A DNA stretch of 64,000 nucleotides from Eledone cirrhosa. Its lineage: Eukaryota. The position numbers were made by a program, and so were the translations under genes. Below the pieces are notes generated by a model that saw only the letters and a program-made list of their open reading frames with translations, was not told the origin of the DNA and made no database searches. Below, piece by piece: positions 26,925-38,918 of the stretch. Where the stretch lies: contig CAXHJY010000961.1 of the NCBI GenBank assembly GCA_964016885.1, positions 62,001-126,000 on the forward strand, given 5' to 3'. Position 1 is the stretch's first letter. The number at the start of each line of letters is the position of its first letter.

Positions 26925-27342
26925 ATGTATACATACATAGATGGATAGATATATAGATAGATATTTGGTACTCAATACTGAAGTATAGTTTAAATATTCA
27001 TTTTATTAAGGCTAAATAGTGAGTCTTGTTAATCTGGAGTTACGCCCGCTTCTCATAAGGTCATTAGAGAAAAACAGTTCTTGTGTGTGGCCCTAAACTA
27101 TAGCTTATACGTAAGTCCAGCACTGTTTGGTCCTAACTACGACCCCACAGCGTGGCATCTTAGGCAACTGTGATTTACCATGGCCTCGGGTTAATAGAAG
27201 TTTTGTTAGAGATATTGGGAAGATGGACGCTGTCTGAAAGCTCATCGGATAGATTACTGTACCTGTAATTAAAGGACAAGCCTTGTTGGACAGTCTCACT
27301 GAAAATTGGGTTATGGATCCATATATCCATGGAATACTCAGA

Positions 27343-27567
27343 CAGGGTTGAATTTAGACCTTGGTGGGGTTCGGGGAGGGGCCCTCTTACACAGAATCCC
27401 CCCGCCCTAATTTTACATATCAAAGTTATACATACAGGTATTAAATTCAAAAATTCTAACCATCCTAAAACTGAAAAGCTCAGTTGTGGGCACAAATAAA
27501 TTGCTACGGCCGTCACTGGTGGGTTTAGGTCAATTGTCTACTTTGGCCTCCATTAAATCCGGTCCTG
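27343..27567. mobile_element. hAT-type MITE, copy 2
   Basis: Ends cagggttgaattta / taaatccggtcctg; 8-bp TSD tactcaga / tactcagc. Confidence 0.75.
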
Positions 27568-28317
27568 TACTCAGCCACCTGTTAATTACACAAACAAGCC
27601 GTTCTGTTGATCAAACAACTGAAACAACCACAGTCGAAACCAACGAAGGTTCATTCCAGGCGAGTAATTAATTAATAGAATATTTATTGTGTTGAATCGA
27701 ATCACTATCAAATGTACAGAAAATGTAAATAACCATTTGAAGCGCGGGAACGAATTGGAAATATGTAAATATTGGTGAGGGTGACGGTAAAATGAGAAAC
27801 TCTCTTTAAGTGGAACCAATCTCATGATAATTGATGTTGTATTATGTTAATGGTGGTGTATGGATGGCTTGTGTTTTTGTTGTTTTGTCTATTGCACTCT
27901 TGCTAGAAATTACGATATATTTGAGTGTAAAAATTACAGACATTCACAGACTGAAAGAAGGAAGCGGTTGATAAATAGATAGATGGATAGGTAGATAGAT
28001 AGATAGATAGATAGAGAGAGAGATAGATAGATGGATAAATAAATAGATAGATATATTTCTTTTATTTGCCACTAGGGCATCAAAAGTGGGACAAGTACAA
28101 AGGGGGGAGTTTACACAAAAAGGCGTCCTCAATAAGGAGGAGGCAATAACAAAATATAAAAATAAAATAAGATATAACAAAAAATAAAATTTTTAACAAA
28201 ATCCTCAATAGAGAGGAGGCGCCTTGGGGGGTCGCACACACCCCCGAAAAAAGTGTGCAACCCTTCTCCTCGGGAGCACAGAGAAGGGGTGCTCCCTTGG
28301 TCTTTCATCTTCCTCAC

Positions 28318-31300
28318 CTATAGTCTGATGTAGAGTGAAGGCCCATTCACACGGGCCATTCTCGCCACTTTCACCCATCTTTCATAGAAACGGCTGGGGT
28401 GCAGCACCTCTCTCTCCATCCTGATCCTTCTTCCGAAATGATATCGGAAGAAACGGACCAGTTGTTGGCCAGAGAGAAAGGTGCCCGACCTCAGTCCTTT
28501 CAGACGCGTCCACCATACAACCTCTTTCGCCATGGCTATTACGCACAGAAACACCGCCTCTGCTTCATCTTTGAAGGGGGGAGGCGGCTTGATCATTACA
28601 ATAGACTCGGTGGTCAACCGGATCGGTCCCACCCTTGACAGCAGTTGTTCGACATAGCCCCACAGATCGGCTACGCCCGAGCAGTGTACTAATGCGTGTG
28701 CAACGGTTTCCTCGTCGCACACGCATCTGGGACAGATCTTTTTGGCGGGGTCCCTACCCGGGCGCCCGTGTCTGTAGAGCCTTTCTCGAACGGGTAAAGC
28801 CCCTCGGTAGCACTGCCAGGCCAGGGACTTCTGGAAGTTGTCCATAGGTCCCGGGCTGAATGTCCTACCGAACAGGCTGGCCAGTTCGTCCTCCTCCATG
28901 TCTAGGGCTTCTCCGAGGGCGTCGTCGCACCTGCTGCGTACTAGCCCTCTATAGAATGTTGCGGTGGAGTCTCCACTGATAACCGGATCCGCCTGCCAGA
29001 GGGCGGTGAGCGCCTGGGCACACTCAGTGTGCCAGGCGCCCAGTTTTCTCGGTCTTTGCTTGACCCAGGATTGCAGCTCGGTGAGTGAGACGAGTCTGGG
29101 AAAGGTTCGTCTCACAAACGAGGCCCACACCGGTTGTCCGGTGAGGAATACGTAGAGGTGCCGTAGCCTTAATGCGTGTTTACGCATCATTAGCCACGGC
29201 ATCCCCAGCCCTCCTTTCGAAGGGTGTTGACAGCAGATGGATCTCCTCACCATAGGAGCCCGCCTCTTCCAAAGGAATTGGAAGAGCGCGCGCTCCATCT
29301 TGGTGAGGGTTTCCCTTGGGCAGGGCACTACGGTCAGGCGGTAGTAGATGACGGACGCTATGTAGGTGTTCGCCACCTCCGCCCGGCCTTTCAGGGATAG
29401 TTTGCAACTGGCCCACTTCTGGGTCAGTGCAAACACCCTGTTCGTAACCTCCGCCCAGTTTTTCTCCACCTGGAGGTCCGGTCCGAACCAGACCCCGAGC
29501 AACTTCACCGGGCCCTCCGTCCAGCGTCCGACGACGCTATCGGAGGGCATCGGTCTGCCCCTCCACGTGCCGAGTTGCAAACCGATCGACTTGTCCCGGT
29601 TCAGCTTAGCCCCTGTGAACTTTTCGTACTCCTCCAGTAAGGTGCCGACCGCCTCGATTTCGGAGGCCGTCGACACCATTACTGTCACGTCATCGGCGTA
29701 GGCCGACACCGCTTTCCGCAATCCCGGTTCCAAAGGGATGCCCTGCAACAACTCCAACTTCCGCAGTAGTGGCTCGAGAGTCAACACATACAGAAGGGAG
29801 GAGAGAGGGCACCCTTGTCGGATGGACCGCGCGATTTTGAACGGCTCCGAGAGGTAGCCGTTCACCTTGACCCTAGAGCAGATGCGGCTGCTGTGCATAG
29901 CAGTGATCCAGCCCCTGAAAACGGGTCCGAAGCCTGCCGCCGCTAGCACCGCATCCAGGTAACCATGGTCGACCCTATCGAACGCCTTAGATTGATCCAA
30001 GTTGATCAGAGCCCCACCAAAGCCGGGTTCGTTCCCAACCCTCTCTATGATGTATCGCATGAGGTGGAGGTTGTCATGGATGGACCTGGACGGGATAGCG
30101 CATGTCTGCGCATCTCCCACCAGGTTGCCCACGACAAGCGCCAACCTCTTTGCTAGCACCTTGGCCAAAATCTGTAACTCTGTATTTAGCAGTGTTATGG
30201 GCCTGAAGTTACTTATTTCGTCCCCCTTGTTCTCGTCCTTCCTCACTAGCGTGACTACGCCCTTGGTCACAGTACAGGGAATTCTCCCGTTCTGTTGCCA
30301 GTTGCAGTAGACCGCCTCGAGGAGATCGGGGAACAAGTCCGGCATAGCTAGATATAATTCGTAAGGAAGACCATCGAGACCCGGGGATTTGCGTTTGCCG
30401 CATTGGCTCAGCACGTCCTCTATCTCAGCGGCCGAAATCGGCTCTTCGCAGGACTTCGCCTCCCTGTCCGAGAGGCGCGGCAGGCCGTCGAGGTATGGAC
30501 CGAAGTCCACGTTCCCAACCGGCTCCCCGCCCCTCCCGAACAGTCGGGCAAAGTGCCTTTGAAAGGCCTCACACATCTGCTTAGGCTCAAGAATCGCCCG
30601 TCCATCCAGGTCTCGCAAAGACCGGATGGTGGATTTAGTTCCACTGTTGGCCTCTGTCACGCGGGCCCAGCTAACAGCTTTGGTCCCCTCGTTCCCTAGA
30701 GCACGTATTTTACTTCGGACAACGCAGCCTTCGTGCTTCGCGTCGAAAAACTGGCTCAAAGCCGTTCTCGACGCTAGCACTCTGGCCACGTCGCCGCTTC
30801 TAATTGCCTCTTCTACTCTATCTATTAGCTCCCTTTCCTTCCTATTCCTATCCGCAGCTAGAACCTTACTAAATTCTATCGAGACTACTCTAATCTCTCT
30901 CTTTAGAGATACCCACCACCTGCTGTTGACGATCGCTCCAGTCAACCGTTCCTTAACTAACGTACTAATCCGATTCCTGTAGGCTCTACTTGCCGGCAAG
31001 GACAAGTTGAGCTTCCAGTAACCGGGGCCCTGTCTATGAGTTCTGTCAAGGTTGACCATGCAGGTCACTAATTTGTGGTCTGAATAGCCAACAATGCGCA
31101 TTTTTGGACAACTTAAAAAGTCCTTCTCCTTAATTCTAACTAAGAACCTATCTAGGTACGACCTAGATGATCCGCTACGATTTGCCCAAGTCCAGGTTGG
31201 CGCAGTCGGAAAATCTAGTCGATATCTATCGGCCAGGTCAAATCGACCGATTAACCCTTTGAGGCTATTACACCCCTCTCTATCGGGGCAGGCCCCTACG

Positions 31301-31755
31301 TAGTCCCAGCGTGCATCTAGGATACCATTCCAGTCCCCCACTAATAGCAAGGAGCGGGACGTCCCTAGAAAAGTCTCCAGACGATGGAAGAAGTCCGGCC
31401 GCATTGACCCGAAAGGGCCGTAGGCGGCTACCAACCTAAACGCTCCGCCTTTACCACTGCCAAGGTCCAGAACCACTAGTCGACCCTCCGGGTCCAAATG
31501 TACCATCTGTGTTGCGAGACCCAGATGTTTTTGCAGCAGAACGACAACTCCACCCCCACCTCCGGGCTGACAGAGAGATGCGTGCATCTCAAAGTCATCA
31601 AAGGTGGGGGCCAGCTGTCGCACGTTGCTAATCCGGGCCTCGCAAATAACCATCACATCTATACGTTGTGACCTGAGGTCATTTAGAAGCATTGCTTGCT
31701 TCCAAGTTGAGCCCAGGCCACGCGCGTTTAAACAGCCTACTCTTAGCATAGCCAT
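28318..31755 (-). CDS. ORF2p: apurinic-like endonuclease + reverse transcriptase + C-terminal CCHC zinc finger (Tx1-like)
   Basis: APE motifs LNARGL, ICEAR, AYGP, GDWN, YLDRF, SDH; GPGYWKLN; RT motifs KSPGLDGLP, FRPITLLN, LDQSKAFDRVDH, RQGCPLS, YADD; CPRC..EETVAHALVHC. The ORF track starts at GTG 31779; the first ATG is at 31755. Confidence 0.95.
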   Translation of the reverse strand: MAMLRVGCLNARGLGSTWKQAMLLNDLRSQRIDVMVICEARISNVRQLAPTFDDFEMHASLCQPGGGGGVVVLLQKHLGLATQMVHLDPEGRLVVLDLGSGKGGAFRLVAAYGPFGSMRPDFFHRLETFLGTSRSLLLVGDWNGILDARWDYVGACPDREGCNSLKGLIGRFDLADRYRLDFPTAPTWTWANRSGSSRSYLDRFLVRIKEKDFLSCPKMRIVGYSDHKLVTCMVNLDRTHRQGPGYWKLNLSLPASRAYRNRISTLVKERLTGAIVNSRWWVSLKREIRVVSIEFSKVLAADRNRKERELIDRVEEAIRSGDVARVLASRTALSQFFDAKHEGCVVRSKIRALGNEGTKAVSWARVTEANSGTKSTIRSLRDLDGRAILEPKQMCEAFQRHFARLFGRGGEPVGNVDFGPYLDGLPRLSDREAKSCEEPISAAEIEDVLSQCGKRKSPGLDGLPYELYLAMPDLFPDLLEAVYCNWQQNGRIPCTVTKGVVTLVRKDENKGDEISNFRPITLLNTELQILAKVLAKRLALVVGNLVGDAQTCAIPSRSIHDNLHLMRYIIERVGNEPGFGGALINLDQSKAFDRVDHGYLDAVLAAAGFGPVFRGWITAMHSSRICSRVKVNGYLSEPFKIARSIRQGCPLSSLLYVLTLEPLLRKLELLQGIPLEPGLRKAVSAYADDVTVMVSTASEIEAVGTLLEEYEKFTGAKLNRDKSIGLQLGTWRGRPMPSDSVVGRWTEGPVKLLGVWFGPDLQVEKNWAEVTNRVFALTQKWASCKLSLKGRAEVANTYIASVIYYRLTVVPCPRETLTKMERALFQFLWKRRAPMVRRSICCQHPSKGGLGMPWLMMRKHALRLRHLYVFLTGQPVWASFVRRTFPRLVSLTELQSWVKQRPRKLGAWHTECAQALTALWQADPVISGDSTATFYRGLVRSRCDDALGEALDMEEDELASLFGRTFSPGPMDNFQKSLAWQCYRGALPVRERLYRHGRPGRDPAKKICPRCVCDEETVAHALVHCSGVADLWGYVEQLLSRVGPIRLTTESIVMIKPPPPFKDEAEAVFLCVIAMAKEVVWWTRLKGLRSGTFLSGQQLVRFFRYHFGRRIRMEREVLHPSRFYERWVKVARMARVNGPSLYIRL

Positions 31756-31779
31756 GTTGGTGGTGAAGAGAAAAGGCAC

Positions 31780-33558
31780 TTACCTCTCTGCGTCCCGGGT
31801 ATCGGGCTGCACAATTTCCATTAGGGTGGGGGATGGGTTGTTGGGTGGGGTGGTGGTTTGTGGAAGTGTGGGGGCATCAGTGTGTTGTGTGGTTGGGGAG
31901 CTTGGAGTTGTGTGGGTGTTTGGGGAGGGGGTGGGATAGTTTTTTAGGAGGACGCGGTTAATGGGCCCGACGCAGGGGGGACCCACGTCCTCTTTAAAAT
32001 TGTTTTTTAAAGTTTTATAGGTGTCCTGTGGGGCCTTAATCATTTTGAGGTGGGGGAAATCCCCTGCCTGGGTGAAGTTAGGCCCTTGTGTTTTTATTAG
32101 ATTGTTGTTGTACACAATGTTTAACAGTTTTTTGTTTCTTGTATTTATGTATGTGTATGCATGTTTTTGTTTTTGTGTGGTGTTTTTTGTTTGCTGTTGT
32201 GAGCTCTTTTGTGTTGGTGTCAGTGTTATGTTTTGGGGAGGGTTTTTTTTCATTTGTGTGTCTGAGGTGTGTTTTCTTTTTTTTCTTTTGATTGTGTGGA
32301 AGTGCTCCTCCTCGTCTGACGACGAACTAGGGTCATCTTCCGCGTTGGAGGGGAGGGGTATATTTTCGGGTTGTGTTTGCGGTACGGGTGTTTTGGAAAT
32401 TGTTTTTGTTTTTTGAGTGGAGGGGATGGGTTGGACATTGTTTTGTTTTGGTTTGAGCTGTGGTGGTTGTTTTTGTAGTGGTAGTTGTGGTGATTGTGTT
32501 GGTTGTGCAGCTGTTGGTGGTGTAGGCAGGATTGGGGTTTTCTTATTAAGTTGGGGACAGACAGCCCTCAGGTGACCTCTGGTTCCGCAGAGGTAACACG
32601 AGGGCCGTCTACCCTCAACGGTAATGTTGATGAAGGTTAGATCATCCAGTATGACGCGTTCAGGGATCTGGGCGATCCTTTCGGGCCTCATTTGAACTAC
32701 AAGTTCGAGGCTCGTTCCACTGAACGCGTCACCCGATGCCTTTCCCATGGACACCAGCATGTCATCCTCCAGGTCCAGAAAACCTGTCAAAACCCACCAT
32801 ATGTCCATAATCGGCAGGATGGTGTGGATTTTTATTTTTTGTGTTCTTCTACCCATGTACGTAGGGTAGAAGGTGTATGCGGTGGATGTGATTGGTTTGA
32901 TGGACAGTTTCACTGCTGTGTCCCTGTCCTTCATGAGAATGGATAGACTCCCGTAGAGTCTATCCTTCTGAATGAAGGTGATGTCCTTCATGACGTCTTT
33001 TAAAACCAGCTCTATCTCGCTCTGTGATGGTTGAGCTGGTTTTTTACTTTTGTTCGAGATTGTCCTAAACATGACCGTGTTTAGGAGTCTCTGGCTTTTT
33101 AGTTCCGGGGGGGAATGGATTGTGAATGAACCATTTTCCCCGTACACTATATATTTTTTCGCATCCGCCAGTAGCTCCTTCGCTTTTGTTATATCTACTG
33201 GCAGATAGTCGAGGGTTTTCCTTGTCGTCTCGGCGAAGGAGAAATTTTGTTTGTTTGTGTTGTTGTTGTCGTTGGTGGTGTTGTTGTTATCATTGTTGTT
33301 GTTGTCACCGTTATTGGTCTTGTTGTTGTTATTGTTATTGGTGTTGTTTTCGTCCGTCGCATTGTTGTTGTTGCTGTTGCCGCTGGTTCTTTGAGTTGTT
33401 ACCATGGCAACGTCAAGTTGTCGGTTAACAGGTGGAGAGAATTCTTCCTCTGGCTGACCTTTCTTCTTGACCTCTGCTACTGTGACAGTGGCAGGGGGAA
33501 GCTGTAAGTTCATCTTCCCCTTTCCTCCTTCGAATTTTGGTGAAGAAGCTTCGGCCAT
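31780..33558 (-). CDS. ORF1p (gag-like nucleic-acid-binding protein) of the Tx1 element
   Basis: 592 aa; zinc knuckle CYLCGTRGHLRAVC (CX2CX4HX4C), basic KRKKRK patch, Asn-rich and Pro/Thr-rich low-complexity tracts; lies immediately upstream of ORF2. Confidence 0.88.
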   Translation of the reverse strand: MAEASSPKFEGGKGKMNLQLPPATVTVAEVKKKGQPEEEFSPPVNRQLDVAMVTTQRTSGNSNNNNATDENNTNNNNNNKTNNGDNNNNDNNNTTNDNNNTNKQNFSFAETTRKTLDYLPVDITKAKELLADAKKYIVYGENGSFTIHSPPELKSQRLLNTVMFRTISNKSKKPAQPSQSEIELVLKDVMKDITFIQKDRLYGSLSILMKDRDTAVKLSIKPITSTAYTFYPTYMGRRTQKIKIHTILPIMDIWWVLTGFLDLEDDMLVSMGKASGDAFSGTSLELVVQMRPERIAQIPERVILDDLTFINITVEGRRPSCYLCGTRGHLRAVCPQLNKKTPILPTPPTAAQPTQSPQLPLQKQPPQLKPKQNNVQPIPSTQKTKTISKTPVPQTQPENIPLPSNAEDDPSSSSDEEEHFHTIKRKKRKHTSDTQMKKNPPQNITLTPTQKSSQQQTKNTTQKQKHAYTYINTRNKKLLNIVYNNNLIKTQGPNFTQAGDFPHLKMIKAPQDTYKTLKNNFKEDVGPPCVGPINRVLLKNYPTPSPNTHTTPSSPTTQHTDAPTLPQTTTPPNNPSPTLMEIVQPDTRDAER

Positions 33559-33771
33559 TTAAAAAAATATTGACTTTTCAACAAGAAAAAACTTTTTTTT
33601 TGTTTAACTATTTCGCCTAAAGGCGTAGAATATTTTGAGAGACTGACCAGATCAAAGTTTGACCTGGCAGTCCCTCTACAAAATGGTACAAAAATTAAAG
33701 TTATCAGACAAGAATTTCTATAGAAATTTAAACAGAACTTACTCAGCAAGTTATACGCGTGTGTCCATCCC

Positions 33772-33836
33772 AGAGAGATAGATAGATAGATGGATAGATA
33801 GATGGATAGATGGATAGATAGATAGATGGATAGATG

Positions 33837-33875
<39 letters not shown>

Positions 33876-34034
33876 GGATAGAGAGAGAGAGAGATAGATA
33901 GATAAATAGATAGATAGATAGATAGATAGATAGATGGATAGATAGATAGATAGATGGATAGATGGATAGGTAGATAGAGAAGTAGATAGAGAGAGATAGA
34001 TAGATAGATAAATAGATAGATAGATAGATAGATG

Positions 34035-34080
<46 letters not shown>

Positions 34081-34129
34081 GAGAGAGGGAGATAAATAGA
34101 TGGATAGATAGATAAATAGATAGATAGAT

Positions 34130-34130
<1 letters not shown>
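33772..34130. repeat. (GATA/GATG)n microsatellite at the 5' flank of the Tx1
   Basis: Direct reading. Confidence 0.9.
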
Positions 34131-34208
<78 letters not shown>

Positions 34209-34260
34209 AAGAGAGAGAGTGTGTGAGAATGAGGGAGAGGATGAGAGTTAGATGCAAAAG

Positions 34261-34331
<71 letters not shown>

Positions 34332-34491
34332 TATAAAACACCAGTACAAAACACCAGTTGCTCACATACTCTGGTGATATTCATAAATCAGTAGAGAGAG
34401 AATGTGTGTGAGAGAGAGGTGAGAAAGCGAGAGGTTGATGCAGAGAGAGAGAAATAGATGTATATATAGACAGAGAGATAGAGAGAGAGTG

Positions 34492-34533
<42 letters not shown>

Positions 34534-34792
34534 GAGAGGGGAGGGGGCAGATGCATACAGAGATTGCATCTGTGTAAATAGCGGTGAAGCCATGATTTCT
34601 AACGGGATTTTACAGTTGAAAACACTCGAAACACCCAAATATAAGTTTCTCCGCCATATTGTCTATATGAGTTTGAGTGTATATAAAAACACACACATAT
34701 GTATGTATGAGAATATCTGTGTAATATGTTTTTCTGCTTCTGTGTTGATATGTATTGCATTGATGTATATCTGTATGTTCACATACACACAC

Positions 34793-34859
<67 letters not shown>

Positions 34860-34961
34860 CATATATGTATGTATATGTATATATATATATACCTATATGT
34901 ATATGTATATATATATACATATATATATATAAATACACACACATACATATATGTATATGTA

Positions 34962-35030
<69 letters not shown>

Positions 35031-35246
35031 ATGTATATGGGAGTGCTTCATTCTCACGATTTGATATATATGAAACGTAGACAAATTCACAAAAATCCAC
35101 ACATTTACACATGGATATATAGGAAATATTTTCTTACATAAGCGTACCAAACAACATACTTAAGCTAGCCCAATATACACTGCACAAAACACAATTCCCC
35201 AGTTTAAAAGCATTAAAATTACAATAGACAAAGTCTTCTACACAGC

Positions 35247-35336
<90 letters not shown>

Positions 35337-35864
35337 TGTTGGTGTACGTATACGTGTGTTTTGAACAATAAAAATAGAACAAAAGACGAAGATAGCTTCT
35401 TGATTAATTCATTGTTTTACGATCGTTCTAGAGTGTTGATTGATCATGATATATCGTGACTGACTATGCCACGACCCATTACTAGACAGGATATCATAGA
35501 TACAATCACCGTTTTGTTCAGAAACAATAGCATTGTAGCACGATTAGAATCTTCAGTGGAACCTTATACGACGAAAGCCTACAACAAAATCAACGAGTTT
35601 AGCTCTCAGTACACGATCTCGCTGGAATCATGTTTTCAAGGGTGCATGGAGTTCTAACAATTCTATTGGACCAGTCATAAACAGGTTGATACCAGTACAT
35701 ACACAAACACACATACATACATATATATGAATATATATATCCGTATGTGGTTCACTTTCGAGAGCAAAGAGTACTCAATACCGGAGTAGGTTTTATATTC
35801 ATTTTATTATCGCTAAATAGTGAGCCTGAAGACACTGTGATAAACAAGACTCACCATTTAGCCT

Positions 35865-35903
<39 letters not shown>

Positions 35904-35954
35904 TAGATATAGGTTTGTTGGTTCACCACTGGATAGAATTGGTCATTCCGTATG

Positions 35955-36003
<49 letters not shown>

Positions 36004-36013
36004 GGCACCTACG

Positions 36014-36064
<51 letters not shown>

Positions 36065-36255
36065 AGTTGGTGTAATGGTAGCAAAGTGGTCTGTCTAAAC
36101 AAAGATGTAGGTTCAACTCCCATGTACGTCAGTACTCATCTTTTTCTATTTCTTATAGGGCTCTAAACCCCACTAGCAGGCTAAAATTTCTATAGTAAAA
36201 AAAATACGGCGAAAGCTTCTATTTCTAATTTCAAACTCGCTCGCTTTTTCTCAAC

Positions 36256-36300
<45 letters not shown>

Positions 36301-37217
36301 GGGGGGGGGGGTGATGCGGGTGGAGGGGGGAAGTAGAGAGAGAGCGAGAGGGACAGATGGTAGAGAGAGAAAGAGAGAGATATATAAATTATTGAATAGT
36401 AATTCATCGCGCAAGAAACCAATGATGAAGTCTGGGTTATGCAGTCAAAGTCATTTTGAATATATCACCAAACGTCACGAATAAAAATGAATATAATTCT
36501 GGGCAAAGTATATATAATTCTTCAACAGATTCAATATGCTTACGCCCACTTCACACACAATTATACTTTCATATATACACGCAGAGATACGCCGTTATAT
36601 ATACACACACACACACATACATATACACACATACACACAATTATACTTTCATATACACACGCAGAGCTACGCCCTTATATATACTCACACACATACATAC
36701 ACGCCTTCATAGCCACCCACACGTACTCAGAGAGGCACATATAGTATTTCTTATTAAAATATGTATATAATCAGAGCTTAAAAAGATTTCATTGTTTATT
36801 AATCTGAGGTCAGTGTTTTAGTAGGTTATTATGTAACAGTACAATTGAAGAGCGAAGATCAGTAAGTGTTAGTAGAATCAAACGAAGAGGAATGAAAGAG
36901 CTATTAATTCTCTGTTTCACTGATTCGGTCCATTAATGGAATTGAGCGGGGGGATCAGTCGTTAGTAATCTTCTATAGTTTACTGTTTCAGTCACACACG
37001 TTCATTGTACTAGTTGTTGGTGTTCGTATTAGTGTTTCTTGTGGTGTTAGTGTTGTTGTTGTTGGTTGTGTTGTTGTTGTGTTGGTGCTGTTAGTAGTAT
37101 TCTTGTTGTTGTGTTGTGTGTGAATTTTAACGGAAAGAAAGCTGAACATTCAAACAGCCGTGATGGAAATTATAGAAGTGAATTAAATATTCATGAGAAT
37201 AAACACACACACACGTA

Positions 37218-37272
<55 letters not shown>

Positions 37273-37607
37273 GCACCATCATATAAATTATTATCTGCGA
37301 AATATTGCTGAATGTTGCCACCAATTAGTACACTCCTATACAGTCATACTCACACATATTCTGACTAAGGCTCTTTTTCTCTAATTCACACACACACATT
37401 ATATATATATATATATATATATACTATATATTTATATATGTTTCAGCATACACAAACTGGTAAAAACGAATGCAAGTGTTTATAAATTACTTGTATATCT
37501 GCACACATAAATATTCACATTCATATATTCATATTAGTGCCTACACAGACACACACACACACACAAACACATACAAATATATAAATATATACATATGTAT
37601 ATATATA

Positions 37608-37662
<55 letters not shown>

Positions 37663-37789
37663 GTATGTCTGTATATATATATATTTATATATATATATAT
37701 ATATATACATATGTATGTCTGTATATATATATATTTATATATATATATATACATATGTATGTATATATATATATATATATATACATATG

Positions 37790-37848
<59 letters not shown>

Positions 37849-37916
37849 GTATATATATATAGATGTGTAATATATATATATATATATGTATATATATGTA
37901 TATATATAGAGATGTG

Positions 37917-37968
<52 letters not shown>

Positions 37969-37985
37969 GTATATATATATAGATG

Positions 37986-38066
<81 letters not shown>

Positions 38067-38072
38067 GATGTG

Positions 38073-38119
<47 letters not shown>

Positions 38120-38151
38120 TACATATTTATATATATATAAATGTATATCTG

Positions 38152-38209
<58 letters not shown>

Positions 38210-38881
38210 TTACACACACAGAAACACGTGTGTGTGTGTATGTTCTATAGTTAATGTCTAAGCGAACCCTTGCACCACTATCAGCTAGATACCGACGTGT
38301 GACTGGAAAAGATTGCATGTCTTCCCCTCTTTACCAGTACCTTTACTGACTGCTTCAATTGATTTAATTCTTTTATCGGTTTATGCTAATTAAATATCCA
38401 AATTATTTTCAGAAGCTTCAAGAACGATTCTGAGAAAAGACAGTGAGGTGGTACGGCGTGAAAAGTAGGTTGGGGGCGGGTTTTGTTGGGCAGTGACGTT
38501 GTAGGGAGACAGGGAGAGAATGGGAATTATATATATATATACAGAGAGAGAGAGAGAGAGAGAGATAGGGGGAGGGGGGAGGGGGAAATATAGACAGAAA
38601 GAGATAGAGAGAAATAGAGAGGAAGGGAAATATATAGAGATAGAGAAAGAGACAGAGCTGGAAGGGAGGGTGAAAAAGAGAGCGAGAGAAAGAGGGGGGA
38701 GAAAAGGAGAGCGAGAAGGACAAAAGGAGAGCGAGGGAGAGACAGGGACAAAAGGAAAGCGAGAGAGAGGGGGAAAGGAGAGAGAGGGACAAAAGGAGAG
38801 CGAGAGAGAGGGGGCAAGGAGAGAGAGGGACAAAAGGAGAGCGAGAGGGAGGGGGAAAGGAGAGCGAGAGAGAAAGAGAGA

Positions 38882-38918
<37 letters not shown>

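Larger units (their letters stand above)
28053..33771 (-). mobile_element. Full-length L1/Tx1-clade non-LTR retrotransposon (~5.7 kb)
   Basis: 5' end gggatggacacacgcg, ~210-nt 5' UTR, uninterrupted ORF1 and ORF2, ~265-nt 3' UTR ending gtggcAAATAAAagaaat. Flanked by (GATA)n at 27970-28052 and 33772-34130. Confidence 0.93.

Noticed and set aside
28399-33507. Short plus-strand and alternative-frame ORFs overlapping the Tx1
   Set aside because: Shadow ORFs of GC-rich coding DNA, with no recognisable motifs.
36061-36130. tRNA-like sequence (also ~46643-46716)
   Set aside because: A/B boxes are present but no convincing cloverleaf; more likely decayed SINE heads than tRNA genes.
36420-36460. C/D-box snoRNA candidate (ATGATGA)
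   Set aside because: No proper CTGA D box or terminal stem.
38460-38500. GC-box/CRE-like promoter motifs (also TGACGTCA at ~51981)
   Set aside because: Short motifs expected by chance, with no linked gene evident.
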